This document shows, piece by piece, positions 9,621 to 20,042 of a stretch of 64,000 nt of DNA. Every line of letters begins with the position of its first letter. The stretch's first letter is position 1. The DNA is from a virus. Under the pieces are notes generated by a model. That model saw nothing but the letters and a program-made list of their open reading frames with translations, ran no database searches and was not told the origin of the DNA. Both the position numbers and the translations under genes were made by a program. The stretch spans positions 53,286-117,285 of the IMG/VR virus record IMGVR_UViG_3300044530_000662; one strand, given 5' to 3'.

Positions 9621-11156
9621 TTATGGACAAACTGTAGTAGTTAAACCATCTTTTAATTTTACAATAGAAAAAGAAATACCATCGGCACCAGCATAACCTG
9701 TACCATCATAATTTCTATTTGTTGTATTTAATACCTTTACTCTAAAAGTTGCACCTGCATTAGCTACTAAAACTTGTGAAACAGATATTTCTACATTTCT
9801 ATCTATACTTGGTATTAAAGCTTGACCTTGAGCAACATAAACATCTGTATTATTATTAGGATGTATACCTAATAAAAAAGAACCTATATCTGTTGAAACA
9901 GTTCCTGACCAAAATACTGTACTACCATTATCAGGTTTTAAATGGACTCTAGCATTAATTAAGTAAGTACCTGGATCGTTTATTGTAAATAAACCATTAT
10001 CATTATCAAAGGTACCAAATGATATAGTTGGTATACAACTATTAGTTACATAGTTACCACTTCCAAGAGCAGCTGTAACAAAGTTTTTATTTACCCCAAT
10101 ACTTGTATATTTAGAAATAACTTGTCCTTTTGTTACACCATCAACACTTGAAGGTACTACTTTAGGAATAACACCTGAATCTGGAGCGTATGTATTTTTA
10201 ATAGTAAGATTTGCTACAAATGTTTCTAAATAATCATTAGTAACTGTATAAGTTGTTTCATTACCAACAGTAACTGGTGTAACAAGTATGCCTTCTCCTG
10301 CTGCTACAACACTTGTTGGAAGATCCGTTACATATTCTCTAATATCACATATAGCAATCCAAATGTTATTTATTGCATTTGATACTGATGGAGATGATCC
10401 AAGAGTAGCTGCATTAATCCAGCTTCCAGAATAGTATGCACTAAAACTATTTAGAGCAGGTAAAGCTGCTAATGCTTGATCACTATCAGCAATACATTGA
10501 GATAATACTGCATCATTTATTTCTGCAGGAGTTCCTGTAGAACTAAGCAATGCACAATAACCCAATGTATTATCATTCATAAGAGCTTCAACTATTGCAT
10601 CTAAGGGTTGATCACCTGTTAATATACAGTCTACACTAAATGAAGGTAATGTATATGTAGCAATGTTATCTATTTGAAACTGAAGATCATTTAAAGTATT
10701 ATTGATTACACCTATTTGATTATTAATTGAGTCTATTTCTAAAACTATACTACATACTCTATTAGCAATCATTTGAACATAGTCTACTAATTGCATAGTA
10801 GTTGCAGTACCTTGAATAAAACAATCTGCTACAACAACTACACAATCAGGACAACCTGATGATTTTGGTGTATCTACAACAACACCATTAGCTTCACAAA
10901 TTTTATTAATCAATAATTGTATTAAAGCTTGAAAGTCTTCTGGAGGACATGCTGTTAAGTTAAAACAAGATAAGTCATAATTAGAAACATTCAACTGTTC
11001 CATAATTGTACATAACTCTGTGCCTAATTTATATACAATATCAGATACTGTATCTCCAGTACATATTTTAATGCATGGGATATCCGGTCCTTGCCAAATA
11101 ACACAGTTACTTGATATTGGGCTACACGGTCTATTATCTAAGTTTAGTGGCTTCAT
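9621..11156 (-). CDS. Trimeric tail/head fibre with coiled coil and C1q/BclA-like tip
   Basis: Heptad segment IDSINNQIGVINNTLNDLQFQIDNI and C-terminal GLFTINDPGTYLINARVHL (C1q-like jelly-roll signature). Confidence 0.55.
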   Translation of the reverse strand: MKPLNLDNRPCSPISSNCVIWQGPDIPCIKICTGDTVSDIVYKLGTELCTIMEQLNVSNYDLSCFNLTACPPEDFQALIQLLINKICEANGVVVDTPKSSGCPDCVVVVADCFIQGTATTMQLVDYVQMIANRVCSIVLEIDSINNQIGVINNTLNDLQFQIDNIATYTLPSFSVDCILTGDQPLDAIVEALMNDNTLGYCALLSSTGTPAEINDAVLSQCIADSDQALAALPALNSFSAYYSGSWINAATLGSSPSVSNAINNIWIAICDIREYVTDLPTSVVAAGEGILVTPVTVGNETTYTVTNDYLETFVANLTIKNTYAPDSGVIPKVVPSSVDGVTKGQVISKYTSIGVNKNFVTAALGSGNYVTNSCIPTISFGTFDNDNGLFTINDPGTYLINARVHLKPDNGSTVFWSGTVSTDIGSFLLGIHPNNNTDVYVAQGQALIPSIDRNVEISVSQVLVANAGATFRVKVLNTTNRNYDGTGYAGADGISFSIVKLKDGLTTTVCP

Positions 11157-11177
11157 ATTATAATATAATAATTATTA

Positions 11178-13841
11178 TTAAGAATTACAAGTTTTAAGTG
11201 TACTATTACATCCACACCCGCAAGAAGTTATTGGTTGATTACAACAACTAGTAGTTGGTTTACATATATAATCAGGATCTCTTAAAGCATCTAAGTCTAT
11301 TAGTTCTTTTTTAATTAACCATTTTTCATCATCTTCTGGACAGCAATTAGTTAAACCATATCTTAATCTCATTACTTGTTTGTATAAGATTTCAGATGAA
11401 CGGCAAGTTATTTTTTCATACTTCTCTATGTCACATGAAGGTGTAGAGTATCCTGGTTTTACTTTTCTTTTTGGAAGTATTTCTACTGGACAAGCTCCAT
11501 TAATACAGTCTCCATATTCTTTAATATCATCTGTAGCAGAAGGAATAAAAGGTTCATATCCTACTGAGCAATCAACTGTTTGAGCTTCACAAAATCCTTT
11601 AATTTCAATGTAGAATGCAGTTGGTTCAACATTTGTGTAAACACCATTTAAACAACTACAGTCTGCTGGAAATGCTGCTACTTGTGTCCAAACAGGTTCT
11701 GGTAAGTCAGTGTTAAAATATTCTAAATACCATATACCATTGCATGACATAAAATAAAATACACGTAATCTAAATTCATAAACAGTACCATCAACTTCAA
11801 TATCTCCAGTATACAAATTTGTTGTATAATTATAAACTAATACTCCTTGTAATACTAATGTACCATTATCTAAAAAAACTGATATATCAATAGCAGGATT
11901 ACTGTCAACATCCCATTCTCCAACAGGACATGTTATACTTGGACTACCTAATGTAGCTATAGGATTGGGTGCTGTTGAATTTGTAATTTTCCAACCAATT
12001 ATTGCATCATATACAATATTGAAAGTTAATGTATTATATACAAAAGTCCAAGCTGGTTTTCCGTTTACAAGATTTGGTTGAAGTACTGCGGTAACTGATT
12101 GTCCACTAATAGTAAGTGTAATACAATTACAAAGTTTATCTCCAACAAAATTTCTTATACATTCTTTTTCACTTTCTTGATTAGAAGTTAATGTGATTGT
12201 TTGTGCAATACCATTACAGTCTATGTAAGTATAGGTATGCGGTAAAGTATCATAATTTTTAACTGTAGTACATATGCATGGTGCAATTGCTCCACAGGCT
12301 TCACAATCATCAAATGATTCTATTAATGTAACTATACCAGCATTAATAGGTAATCTTGTTTCTTCTACTGTAAAACAAGTATCACATCCTTTAATTTTTA
12401 TTACTGGTAAAGAACTACAAGGTTCTACTTCAAACGCTTCAAAGATTGTAGCACCTAAACTTGGAATATAAAAAACTCCATAAGGACAATTTATATCTTC
12501 TTCTAAATAAACATACGTTGACCAAGCACCTATAAATAATAATAAATTCCAACTATCTTCACCATTCCATTCAATTTTTGCATTTATATCTCCAATAATG
12601 AAAGTGTAAGAATTTTTTCCAAAAGCTGTTCCACTACTCTCCACCTCCACCGTAACAGGCTCTTCACCAACTAAGGTGTAAGTAACTTTTATACATTCAC
12701 AACCTATTACTGGTGGTGGTATAATTGAACTTAAGTCAGTATATGTATATGTTACATTACTAAGATTTGTACAATCAGTAAGTTTATAATAAGTTCTGTT
12801 ACATGCTGCACAATTATCAAATGTATAAAGTATAACAATAGTTTGTGTGCTTGGTGGTATGTAATCTATTTCAGATACAAACCAACATTCACCACATTCT
12901 AGTTCTACTGTTTTTCCTACATAAACTGAGTAGTCTTCAGTACTATATCTAATAAGAGCTTGATTATTACAATTAGTAAACTTATAATTTACTATTGGTA
13001 AACAAGCAGGACAACTAGCATATGCTGTTAATACAGTAACACTAACTGGACATTCACAAACTTCTGTAATATCTATACTCCAACAACCATCATAACCTTG
13101 TAAAGTAACTACTTGTTCTTGAGCATAATAAGGAATTACAGTAGGTGAATTGGATACTACTAATACTTCACCTGTTTGGCAGTTAGTAAATTCAAAACAT
13201 ATCTCAGGACATTCTTCATCTACACATAATCCTAATTCTACAACAAATCCAGAACCGGCTCCAGTAACAATAGGTGTAATGAATGAACATACTCTAGTAG
13301 CACCAATTACTGTAATGATATCATAGTCAGCATTCATGTATGTTACTGTAGCAGGATTACCTGTAACTTGATAACATTTTAATACACAAGGTGTTTTAAC
13401 ACTAACTGTATCTAACACAACATCTATAGCATCATCACAAGTTGTTTTAGTTGGATCTTCTATTACATACCATGTTTTAGGATCATCTTCAATTCTGATG
13501 TAAGTTCCTACATTAGCAGAAAGATCTGTAGTAGTATTAAATGTACTACCATCACAAGCATATAAAGTATAACATGGTGTATCACAAATACATTTGACAT
13601 CATCACAACCTGTTCTAATTGTAAAATCTACAGCAAGCACATCCGGTAACCCTATAACAAAACCAATAGTTCCTGTTTTTGTACTTATACTATAACAACC
13701 ATCATTTACTAAACCATTTTCTGATACTCCTGAATATTGATAAAAATCAGGTGCTTCATTAAATCCGCTAGGTAATTTAAAGTTTAATATAATTAAAGGA
13801 TCACAACAAGAGATTACTTCTATGTATTTAGCTGTAGCCAT
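11178..13841 (-). CDS. Cys-rich repetitive virion structural protein
   Basis: 887 aa with about 60 Cys by hand count, arranged in repeated (Y/F)xLTxC...CWxV...CxxC modules. Lies in the structural operon. Confidence 0.55.
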   Translation of the reverse strand: MATAKYIEVISCCDPLIILNFKLPSGFNEAPDFYQYSGVSENGLVNDGCYSISTKTGTIGFVIGLPDVLAVDFTIRTGCDDVKCICDTPCYTLYACDGSTFNTTTDLSANVGTYIRIEDDPKTWYVIEDPTKTTCDDAIDVVLDTVSVKTPCVLKCYQVTGNPATVTYMNADYDIITVIGATRVCSFITPIVTGAGSGFVVELGLCVDEECPEICFEFTNCQTGEVLVVSNSPTVIPYYAQEQVVTLQGYDGCWSIDITEVCECPVSVTVLTAYASCPACLPIVNYKFTNCNNQALIRYSTEDYSVYVGKTVELECGECWFVSEIDYIPPSTQTIVILYTFDNCAACNRTYYKLTDCTNLSNVTYTYTDLSSIIPPPVIGCECIKVTYTLVGEEPVTVEVESSGTAFGKNSYTFIIGDINAKIEWNGEDSWNLLLFIGAWSTYVYLEEDINCPYGVFYIPSLGATIFEAFEVEPCSSLPVIKIKGCDTCFTVEETRLPINAGIVTLIESFDDCEACGAIAPCICTTVKNYDTLPHTYTYIDCNGIAQTITLTSNQESEKECIRNFVGDKLCNCITLTISGQSVTAVLQPNLVNGKPAWTFVYNTLTFNIVYDAIIGWKITNSTAPNPIATLGSPSITCPVGEWDVDSNPAIDISVFLDNGTLVLQGVLVYNYTTNLYTGDIEVDGTVYEFRLRVFYFMSCNGIWYLEYFNTDLPEPVWTQVAAFPADCSCLNGVYTNVEPTAFYIEIKGFCEAQTVDCSVGYEPFIPSATDDIKEYGDCINGACPVEILPKRKVKPGYSTPSCDIEKYEKITCRSSEILYKQVMRLRYGLTNCCPEDDEKWLIKKELIDLDALRDPDYICKPTTSCCNQPITSCGCGCNSTLKTCNS

Positions 13842-13847
13842 TATTTT

Positions 13848-14087
13848 TTATTTTGTAAACTTATCTAAGTTTTTATATCTTTCTTTACCCCAAACATTTA
13901 ATGGAGCAGGTGCTTTTCCTTCAATTGTTACTGTAGCTCTCCTTACCGGCTTAGCTATAGGTGTTGGACCTTTTGTTGCTCCTGCTGTTTTTCCTAAGCA
14001 ACTAGTGCATCCTTGAGATCCGTTTGGTAATGTTCTCTTCTGACATGAACATGTCATTGTACTATTACAGTTTGGACATTTTGCCAT
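13848..14087 (-). CDS. Small Cys-rich basic protein (CxxC...CxC...CxxC)
   Basis: 79 aa, tightly packed in the operon. Confidence 0.6.
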   Translation of the reverse strand: MAKCPNCNSTMTCSCQKRTLPNGSQGCTSCLGKTAGATKGPTPIAKPVRRATVTIEGKAPAPLNVWGKERYKNLDKFTK

Positions 14088-14104
14088 AATTAGTTGGTTT
14101 TAAA

Positions 14105-14650
14105 TTATTTACAATTTGTACAAGTCATCTTGTTAAGAAGCTTCATAGCATAGTTATATAAACTCATACCTTTCTGAGGCTCATGACAAAATTCAACTTT
14201 TCCTTTTGCTGCTTGAAGATACATAAAAATTAATCTTAGTTCTTCAAGTCTTTGTTTAATTTTAAATGGAGGATCACATGCAGCAGCATCAACATCACAT
14301 AATACATTATAGTATTTGTTTAATGCTTGTGTAATTCTCATATGGTTATATTCTACATATACTGTTTCATTAGGAGATACACTATATTTAATAATGTATA
14401 CTCCATCAGGAATATCTACATTAATAATTCCACAGTCTACAGTTTGTAACTGTAAGTCACATGCAGTAATTGTTTCTACAAAATTTGCTGTAGTATCTAG
14501 TTGTACAGAATATCCAAAACCTGGTACAGTAATATTTAATGTAGGACAAGTTACCGGAATCAGAGCAGAATACACACTTGTATCAAATATTTTTAAGATA
14601 CAAGGATTCATTACTGTAGGTACTTCTAAACTTAGTATATGATTAGCCAT
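14105..14650 (-). CDS. Structural (tail hub/ring-like) protein
   Basis: 181 aa with DIPDGVYIIKYSV, typical of crAss-like structural proteins. Operon position. Confidence 0.45.
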   Translation of the reverse strand: MANHILSLEVPTVMNPCILKIFDTSVYSALIPVTCPTLNITVPGFGYSVQLDTTANFVETITACDLQLQTVDCGIINVDIPDGVYIIKYSVSPNETVYVEYNHMRITQALNKYYNVLCDVDAAACDPPFKIKQRLEELRLIFMYLQAAKGKVEFCHEPQKGMSLYNYAMKLLNKMTCTNCK

Positions 14651-14660
14651 AGTGATATAT

Positions 14661-14700
14661 TAAAAAAAGGGGAGGAGTATGAAACTCAGCTCCCCTTTTC
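14661..14700 (-). terminator. Intrinsic terminator
   Basis: AAAAGGGGAG...CTCCCCTTTT stem with a T-tract on the minus strand, downstream of the 551 aa gene. Confidence 0.7.
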
Positions 14701-14720
14701 TAGTTATTAATTAGAGTTAA

Positions 14721-16376
14721 TTAATCTCTATCTTTTCTTTTCAATGGAATTGGAGGAAATTGAATTGGAACATCACATGATGTTTCACAACCAAAGGTTT
14801 CAATTTCACATACTCCACATTTATCTAACCATTCATCAGTTGCCTCATTGAATGCACCAAGACCATAAGATTGTGTTGCAACAACTTGTAACAAGTATTG
14901 GTCATTATCAAATGTACTTGATGGGTTATTGAAACGTGGAACACTGTGTTGTAAACATGATTGGTAGTACAATGCATTACGGTTAATTGAAGCAATGATT
15001 TGGTTTCCTTGTGTAATCTCTCTGATACGGAGATCAGAGTGAAGGAAGTTTTGTCTGTATGCTTCTGACAATGTTAAGTCACGTACAATTGTTTCACCAA
15101 GACCATTAGCTTGAGTACCTAAACACTCATGAACTACACAGATTCCATCAAATGTACATGGATCACCATTAAAGTCTACTTCAGATGCATAAAGTTTAAC
15201 TGGTTCTTTTTCATAGAAGTCAGTTAACTGGAATGTACAGTCACCAAATTTAGTGTCAACATAAGCACCGTTGAAAATCATACCTGCACATGCACCATCA
15301 ACATGTACTGTAGATACATAGTTATCCCAAGTATCACCACCTACTGTAGCTAAATCAGAAGCAGAAGTTCCTGGAGCATACCAAAGTACACCAGCTTCAT
15401 CTTGTATAACAATTTGTAAAAATGGATTAACTACTGGGTAACGTAAGATAGCATCAGCCCACTTGATAAATACTTCAGTTGAGTCAACTGCAACTGGTGC
15501 AATTGAACCATCTGGACAACATCCTGTGTAAGCTTCAGCAATATAGTATGCATTGTGATTTAAGTAGCGTAATGCTGGAGAACCTTTAATGTCAATACGT
15601 AATGAGTAAGTCTCACCACATAAGAATTCTTTACAACAGTTAATACCACCAGAACCTGTAATTGGATCTACGTTAGCTGTAGTAACACTGTTTACAGTAA
15701 ATGCAAAACCAGAACCATCACCAGCTACTGTTAATACATTACCAGCTGTGTACCCTTTACCAATTGCTTGACCAAAAGTGTATGCGGTAACAACACCAGA
15801 ACCATTAGTTGTAATTTGAAGAGTAGCTCCTGTTCCAGTACCACCTGTTAATTCAACAATAGCATTTACTAAGTTTGGAGTTTGTCCGTCAATTGGACCA
15901 CCTGTTGCTGAGTGAGTTAAAATACCACCACCTGCAGTCCAGAATGTAGAACCAATATGAAGTACTTCATTTTGTGGTGCACATGGATTCACTGTGTAGA
16001 AACGTGATACATACTTAGGATTGATCATCTTAGACTTGTTAGTCTCAGTATAACCTCCGTGGAAAGGACCAATCTTGTCATTAGTATAAATTGCTGAACC
16101 AGCAAGATAAGCATTACAACATCCTTCAGGAGTTCCTAAAGACAAGTTAGTTTTTGGATCAAAGTATCCAACATACCCACTGTAGTAAGGACCATAAGTA
16201 TTTTCTCCTTCAACAGATAATGAGTTTAATACATAAGTTGGTAAACCTGTTGTAGTTAAGAAACCATCAGAGGTTGCTGCAGCAGCAACTGTGCCATCAA
16301 GCAAAGTTACATTTGTGCTAAGACTTCTCCCTGTTGCAAGGAAAGTCTTTTTAAACGCGTGATTAAAATAAGCCAT
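14721..16376 (-). CDS. Abundant structural protein (auxiliary capsid/tail component)
   Basis: 551 aa with highly expressed-type codon use, its own terminator and a Gly/Thr-rich inserted domain (GGTGTGATL...). Confidence 0.5.
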   Translation of the reverse strand: MAYFNHAFKKTFLATGRSLSTNVTLLDGTVAAAATSDGFLTTTGLPTYVLNSLSVEGENTYGPYYSGYVGYFDPKTNLSLGTPEGCCNAYLAGSAIYTNDKIGPFHGGYTETNKSKMINPKYVSRFYTVNPCAPQNEVLHIGSTFWTAGGGILTHSATGGPIDGQTPNLVNAIVELTGGTGTGATLQITTNGSGVVTAYTFGQAIGKGYTAGNVLTVAGDGSGFAFTVNSVTTANVDPITGSGGINCCKEFLCGETYSLRIDIKGSPALRYLNHNAYYIAEAYTGCCPDGSIAPVAVDSTEVFIKWADAILRYPVVNPFLQIVIQDEAGVLWYAPGTSASDLATVGGDTWDNYVSTVHVDGACAGMIFNGAYVDTKFGDCTFQLTDFYEKEPVKLYASEVDFNGDPCTFDGICVVHECLGTQANGLGETIVRDLTLSEAYRQNFLHSDLRIREITQGNQIIASINRNALYYQSCLQHSVPRFNNPSSTFDNDQYLLQVVATQSYGLGAFNEATDEWLDKCGVCEIETFGCETSCDVPIQFPPIPLKRKDRD

Positions 16377-16441
16377 TGTTTTTTTGTTTTAATTTATAAA
16401 TATATAATATAATATAATAAAAGTTTTTGAAATAACAAAAT

Positions 16442-16894
16442 TTATTTCAAGAAAAGTAATTTATATTTTGTAGAATTAAGTGTAGACTTGATTGTATCCA
16501 AATCATTTACTAATTCTGAGTAAGGCATTTTAGCTTGAAGATTAGATACCATAGTAGTTATCTCTCTAATATAAGCTAGTGCATCTTGCACTGTATTTAA
16601 TGTTCTTGGTGATGTTTCATTATAAGATAATAATACTTCTGCTGCTCCTTGATATCCTTCTGCTAAATCATCAGCATGTCCTGGTAAAGCATCATACAAA
16701 TCATTAAGAGCTTTGTGTGCAGCATATGATCCTGCACCAGTTACTTTTAAATGTAGTTTATGTATGCTTGTTGCAGCATTCATTAATTCTGATACACATG
16801 CAGCAGTCATAGTAGTACAGTCTCCTCCTCCTGGAGCACTTGAGTATGATGCAGTTGATGCAGTATCTCTTTTTAACATTCTAGGTTTTTCCAT
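16442..16894 (-). CDS. Dps/ferritin-like four-helix protein
   Basis: SIHKLHLKVTG-SYAAHKALNDLYDALPGHADDLAEGYQG matches the Dps-type H-W/L-x-V-x-G...H...E/D...D..AE pattern. Confidence 0.7.
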   Translation of the reverse strand: MEKPRMLKRDTASTASYSSAPGGGDCTTMTAACVSELMNAATSIHKLHLKVTGAGSYAAHKALNDLYDALPGHADDLAEGYQGAAEVLLSYNETSPRTLNTVQDALAYIREITTMVSNLQAKMPYSELVNDLDTIKSTLNSTKYKLLFLK

Positions 16895-16899
16895 TATTT

Positions 16900-17598
16900 T
16901 TAGTTATTACGTTCAGCTCCTTCAGATCCTCTAGAGAATTGGTTTCCAGACTCAATATCTCCAGCTAAGATGCTCACAGCTTCGTCAATTATTAATTCAA
17001 TTATATCATCTTTAAATTCACATTGTACATTTACTGCAGATGCTGTATTAGTATAAGGGTCAACACATCCTTGAACTTGTATCTTAACAGGTTGTCTGTA
17101 ATATATCAAGTCTAGTTTTTGAATATTAAATACACCGTCTGTGTATACATTAACATGATTACCTTTAAGTGTAGCAAATGTTTCTGCCCAATCAAAGTTA
17201 GGTTGTTTAGCTTTATCTCTGAGAAGTAAATTAAGATTTCCTTCTTCTGCTAAGTATACTGTCATTCTTCTTTTATCACAACAGTCTTTCTGAGCAAACA
17301 CATCTACTCTTTTCCACTGAAGATAATCTTCCGGAAGAAGTCCTGTGAAGTAATACTCTTTATTAACTGTAGGCAATGTCTCAGTAATAAGTAAAACTTG
17401 TAAGTCATCTTTTCTTCTAGTAGATTGCTCATCACCTTCTCTTACTTGGTTAATACCATGTAACTGTCTTCTAGCCCATTCAACTTGTGCTTTATTAAAA
17501 GCCTCAACAATAGCCCAGCATTCTATGTTATCATAGTCTTGGGAATCAAGCTTATTGATCCTTTCTTTAACTTTTATGGTAATGGTGCTATTTAGCAT
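16900..17598 (-). CDS. Head-tail connector / ring protein
   Basis: 232 aa with FNKAQ, LPEDYL and LIYYRQPVKI, typical of crAss-like ring proteins. Confidence 0.55.
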   Translation of the reverse strand: MLNSTITIKVKERINKLDSQDYDNIECWAIVEAFNKAQVEWARRQLHGINQVREGDEQSTRRKDDLQVLLITETLPTVNKEYYFTGLLPEDYLQWKRVDVFAQKDCCDKRRMTVYLAEEGNLNLLLRDKAKQPNFDWAETFATLKGNHVNVYTDGVFNIQKLDLIYYRQPVKIQVQGCVDPYTNTASAVNVQCEFKDDIIELIIDEAVSILAGDIESGNQFSRGSEGAERNN

Positions 17599-17601
17599 GT
17601 T

Positions 17602-18255
17602 TTATTTCTTTTTGGACTTTACAACTCCACCTTTTTTCTTTTCTGGCATTATGGGATATCTACCTGGTTCTGATGATGTACTCGGAGGAGAAACCCAATT
17701 TACTTTTGGTTTTTTTTCAGGTACTTCAAATGTTGGTGGTACAACAGAAAATGGACCTTTTTGAGTTTTAGCATTTTGCCAACCTGTATTTTTTATTCCT
17801 TTTCCTGATGTAAATTTATCAAATCCAGAATTACCTCCATCTTGTTTTTTAATAATACCACCTGTCTTTCTATAAGAGTCTTCAATATCTTTTTGATATT
17901 GTTGTTCTTTAGTAAGCTTTTTAGGTTTCTTTTGAACAGCTTTTTGTAAATCTTTTTTTGCTTGTATTTCTTTCATTGTCATATTACCTTTTGGACCACT
18001 CCCTCTATAAATAGGTTTACCTGCGGCTGCTCTTTGTTTTTGATATATAGACAATTCTTTTGAAATAGTTTTTGCTATTGGAGCAGGTTTAGAAACAACC
18101 TTAGAAGCAGCTGCAACAGGTTTGATATATTTAACGGCTGTTTTTACCAGCTTACCCAATTGAGCTTTAGGTAAAGACTTTTTTACTACAGCTTGTCTAG
18201 CTTCATTAGCTTTTTTAAAAAATGTAAGTGGATGTTCTTTAGTAGTCTTTTTCAT
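17602..18255 (-). CDS. Lys-rich basic protein with GG motifs
   Basis: 217 aa, very high K content; RKTGG, KQDGG, KKKGG. Confidence 0.7.
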   Translation of the reverse strand: MKKTTKEHPLTFFKKANEARQAVVKKSLPKAQLGKLVKTAVKYIKPVAAASKVVSKPAPIAKTISKELSIYQKQRAAAGKPIYRGSGPKGNMTMKEIQAKKDLQKAVQKKPKKLTKEQQYQKDIEDSYRKTGGIIKKQDGGNSGFDKFTSGKGIKNTGWQNAKTQKGPFSVVPPTFEVPEKKPKVNWVSPPSTSSEPGRYPIMPEKKKGGVVKSKKK

Positions 18256-18256
18256 T

Positions 18257-18421
18257 TTATTTCTTTTTTGCTTTTGCCATTTTCTTAAAAGTAAGAGCTA
18301 ATGTTTTAGCTTTACCTGTACAACCTGGTTTAGTTATTGGAGTACACTTACCTGCAGTACCTCTTCTTTTAATAGAAGCTGTAGCTTTTTGAATCCAGTT
18401 TTTATCCTTTTTCTCAGCCAT
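18257..18421 (-). CDS. Small basic protein (54 aa)
   Basis: Read manually: MAEKKDKNWIQKATASIKRRGTAGKCTPITKPGCTGKAKTLALTFKKMAKAKKK. Fills the gap between its neighbours exactly. Confidence 0.75.
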   Translation of the reverse strand: MAEKKDKNWIQKATASIKRRGTAGKCTPITKPGCTGKAKTLALTFKKMAKAKKK

Positions 18422-18423
18422 GA

Positions 18424-19755
18424 TTAACAGCTTTTTTTACCTTTAACCATTCCACCTTTTTTAGCTTTTTTAATAGGTTTAGGTTTTGGACCATTAGCAA
18501 TAGCTACACCACTTGCAATAGGTTTTAACATAGGTTTTGATCCTGTTGATTTCATAGCTTTAATTTTAGACTGACCTGTAGACTGACCTGTAGATTGTGG
18601 TATAGATTTTGGTCTAGGTATTTGACGAGTAGGATTATTACCTGTTGAAAAACCACCCTGTAATGGATATGATTTAGTATTTTTAACAACAGATACTTTA
18701 GGTTTAGGTTTTGAAGATATTGTACCGCCTTTTTGCATTTTAACAGCACCTCCTTTTTTCTTCTGACCAATTTGATAGTTAGGATACATTTCATTTAATG
18801 TATCTGTATTAGCTCTATTATTTCTTGTCTGATTTATCTTTGCATTATATTCTTGTGTCCCTTTGTCTCTTATTTCTTTACTGAGTATTTTCATGTTTTC
18901 AGCTTGTTGTTTTGCAAGCATTTGTTTATCATAATCTAAAGCAGCATTTTTTGATTTACTACCGCCATCTTGATATTTTTTTGCAGTATCTTTTTGAAGT
19001 TTGTTTTTAGCAGCTGCTAGTTTTAATGAAGCTTCTTTTTTTGATTGAAGCATTTTAGTAGCATTTACTTTTTTAGCTATTTCATATGGATCTTTAGAAG
19101 ATATTTTTTGCATTGCAATACTTGTATCACCACCATCTTGATATTTTTTAACAGCACCACCTTTTTTCTTACGCATGCCTACAGGTACTGTACCTACACC
19201 AGAAGAAGATCTTACTCTTCCTGGAGCTGGAGAATGTTGTACTGAAACTGATGCACCAAATTTAGCTTTAGGAGTTTCTTTAGCTTTTTTAGCAGCTTTC
19301 TTAGCTCTTACTTTATCAGCAATAGCTTTAGCACCTATACCCATCATACCAGTAAGAGCTGTACCTACACCAATTCTAGCACTTTTACCATCAAGAATTC
19401 CTGCTTTTACACACTCACCATTGATATCTCTATATCCTGGAGGGCATCCAGTAGATTTAGTTGAGCCACCTTTTTTAAGAGTTCTACCAGCATCAGTTCT
19501 TGGATCATTAGAATACTTAGGCATTCCAACAATACCCATTGCTCCACCCATTTGCATTTTAGTAGTAGTCTTACTACTGCCTTTAAGCATTTTTTGTACG
19601 GCAGCTTTTTTTTCTTCAGCTGTTTTAAATGTTTTACTTTTACCAGTAGGTACTAAATAACCAGTTTGATTAAGTTTTGATAATTTTTTTTCTCCACCTG
19701 TTTGCATTTTTTTCATTTTAGTGGAGCCTCCACATTGCATACATTTAGTTTTCAT
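18424..19755 (-). CDS. Lys-rich polyprotein-like protein with ten xxxGG motifs
   Basis: 443 aa: MQCGG, MQTGG, MQMGG, LKKGG, KKKGG, YQDGG x2, KKKGG, MQKGG, AKKGG. Confidence 0.75.
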   Translation of the reverse strand: MKTKCMQCGGSTKMKKMQTGGEKKLSKLNQTGYLVPTGKSKTFKTAEEKKAAVQKMLKGSSKTTTKMQMGGAMGIVGMPKYSNDPRTDAGRTLKKGGSTKSTGCPPGYRDINGECVKAGILDGKSARIGVGTALTGMMGIGAKAIADKVRAKKAAKKAKETPKAKFGASVSVQHSPAPGRVRSSSGVGTVPVGMRKKKGGAVKKYQDGGDTSIAMQKISSKDPYEIAKKVNATKMLQSKKEASLKLAAAKNKLQKDTAKKYQDGGSKSKNAALDYDKQMLAKQQAENMKILSKEIRDKGTQEYNAKINQTRNNRANTDTLNEMYPNYQIGQKKKGGAVKMQKGGTISSKPKPKVSVVKNTKSYPLQGGFSTGNNPTRQIPRPKSIPQSTGQSTGQSKIKAMKSTGSKPMLKPIASGVAIANGPKPKPIKKAKKGGMVKGKKSC

Positions 19756-19767
19756 TATATATAGTTT

Positions 19768-20040
19768 TTAACAGTTCCATTTTCTTAGTGAAAGAGCCTT
19801 TCTTGTAGGTCTTCCTTTTTCATCTTTCATAGGTCCAGGCATGCCTGACATTCTAGCACAAAAACTTTTTCTTCTATTTGCATCTTTACTTCCAGCTTTA
19901 AGCTTAGAAGGTTTAGTAGTTACAGCTGTCTGAAGTTTACTACCAGGATTAGCAGCTCTATAACTAGCTACTCCTTTAGCATTTAATCCTCCAGTTTTAT
20001 TCTTACCTTCAGATCTTGTCCAAGCTGGTGTTTTTGCCAT
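19768..20040 (-). CDS. Small basic protein of a family I recognise from aquatic phages (GGLNAKG...RRKSFCARM)
   Basis: 90 aa, operon-packed. Confidence 0.7.
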   Translation of the reverse strand: MAKTPAWTRSEGKNKTGGLNAKGVASYRAANPGSKLQTAVTTKPSKLKAGSKDANRRKSFCARMSGMPGPMKDEKGRPTRKALSLRKWNC

Positions 20041-20042
20041 AA

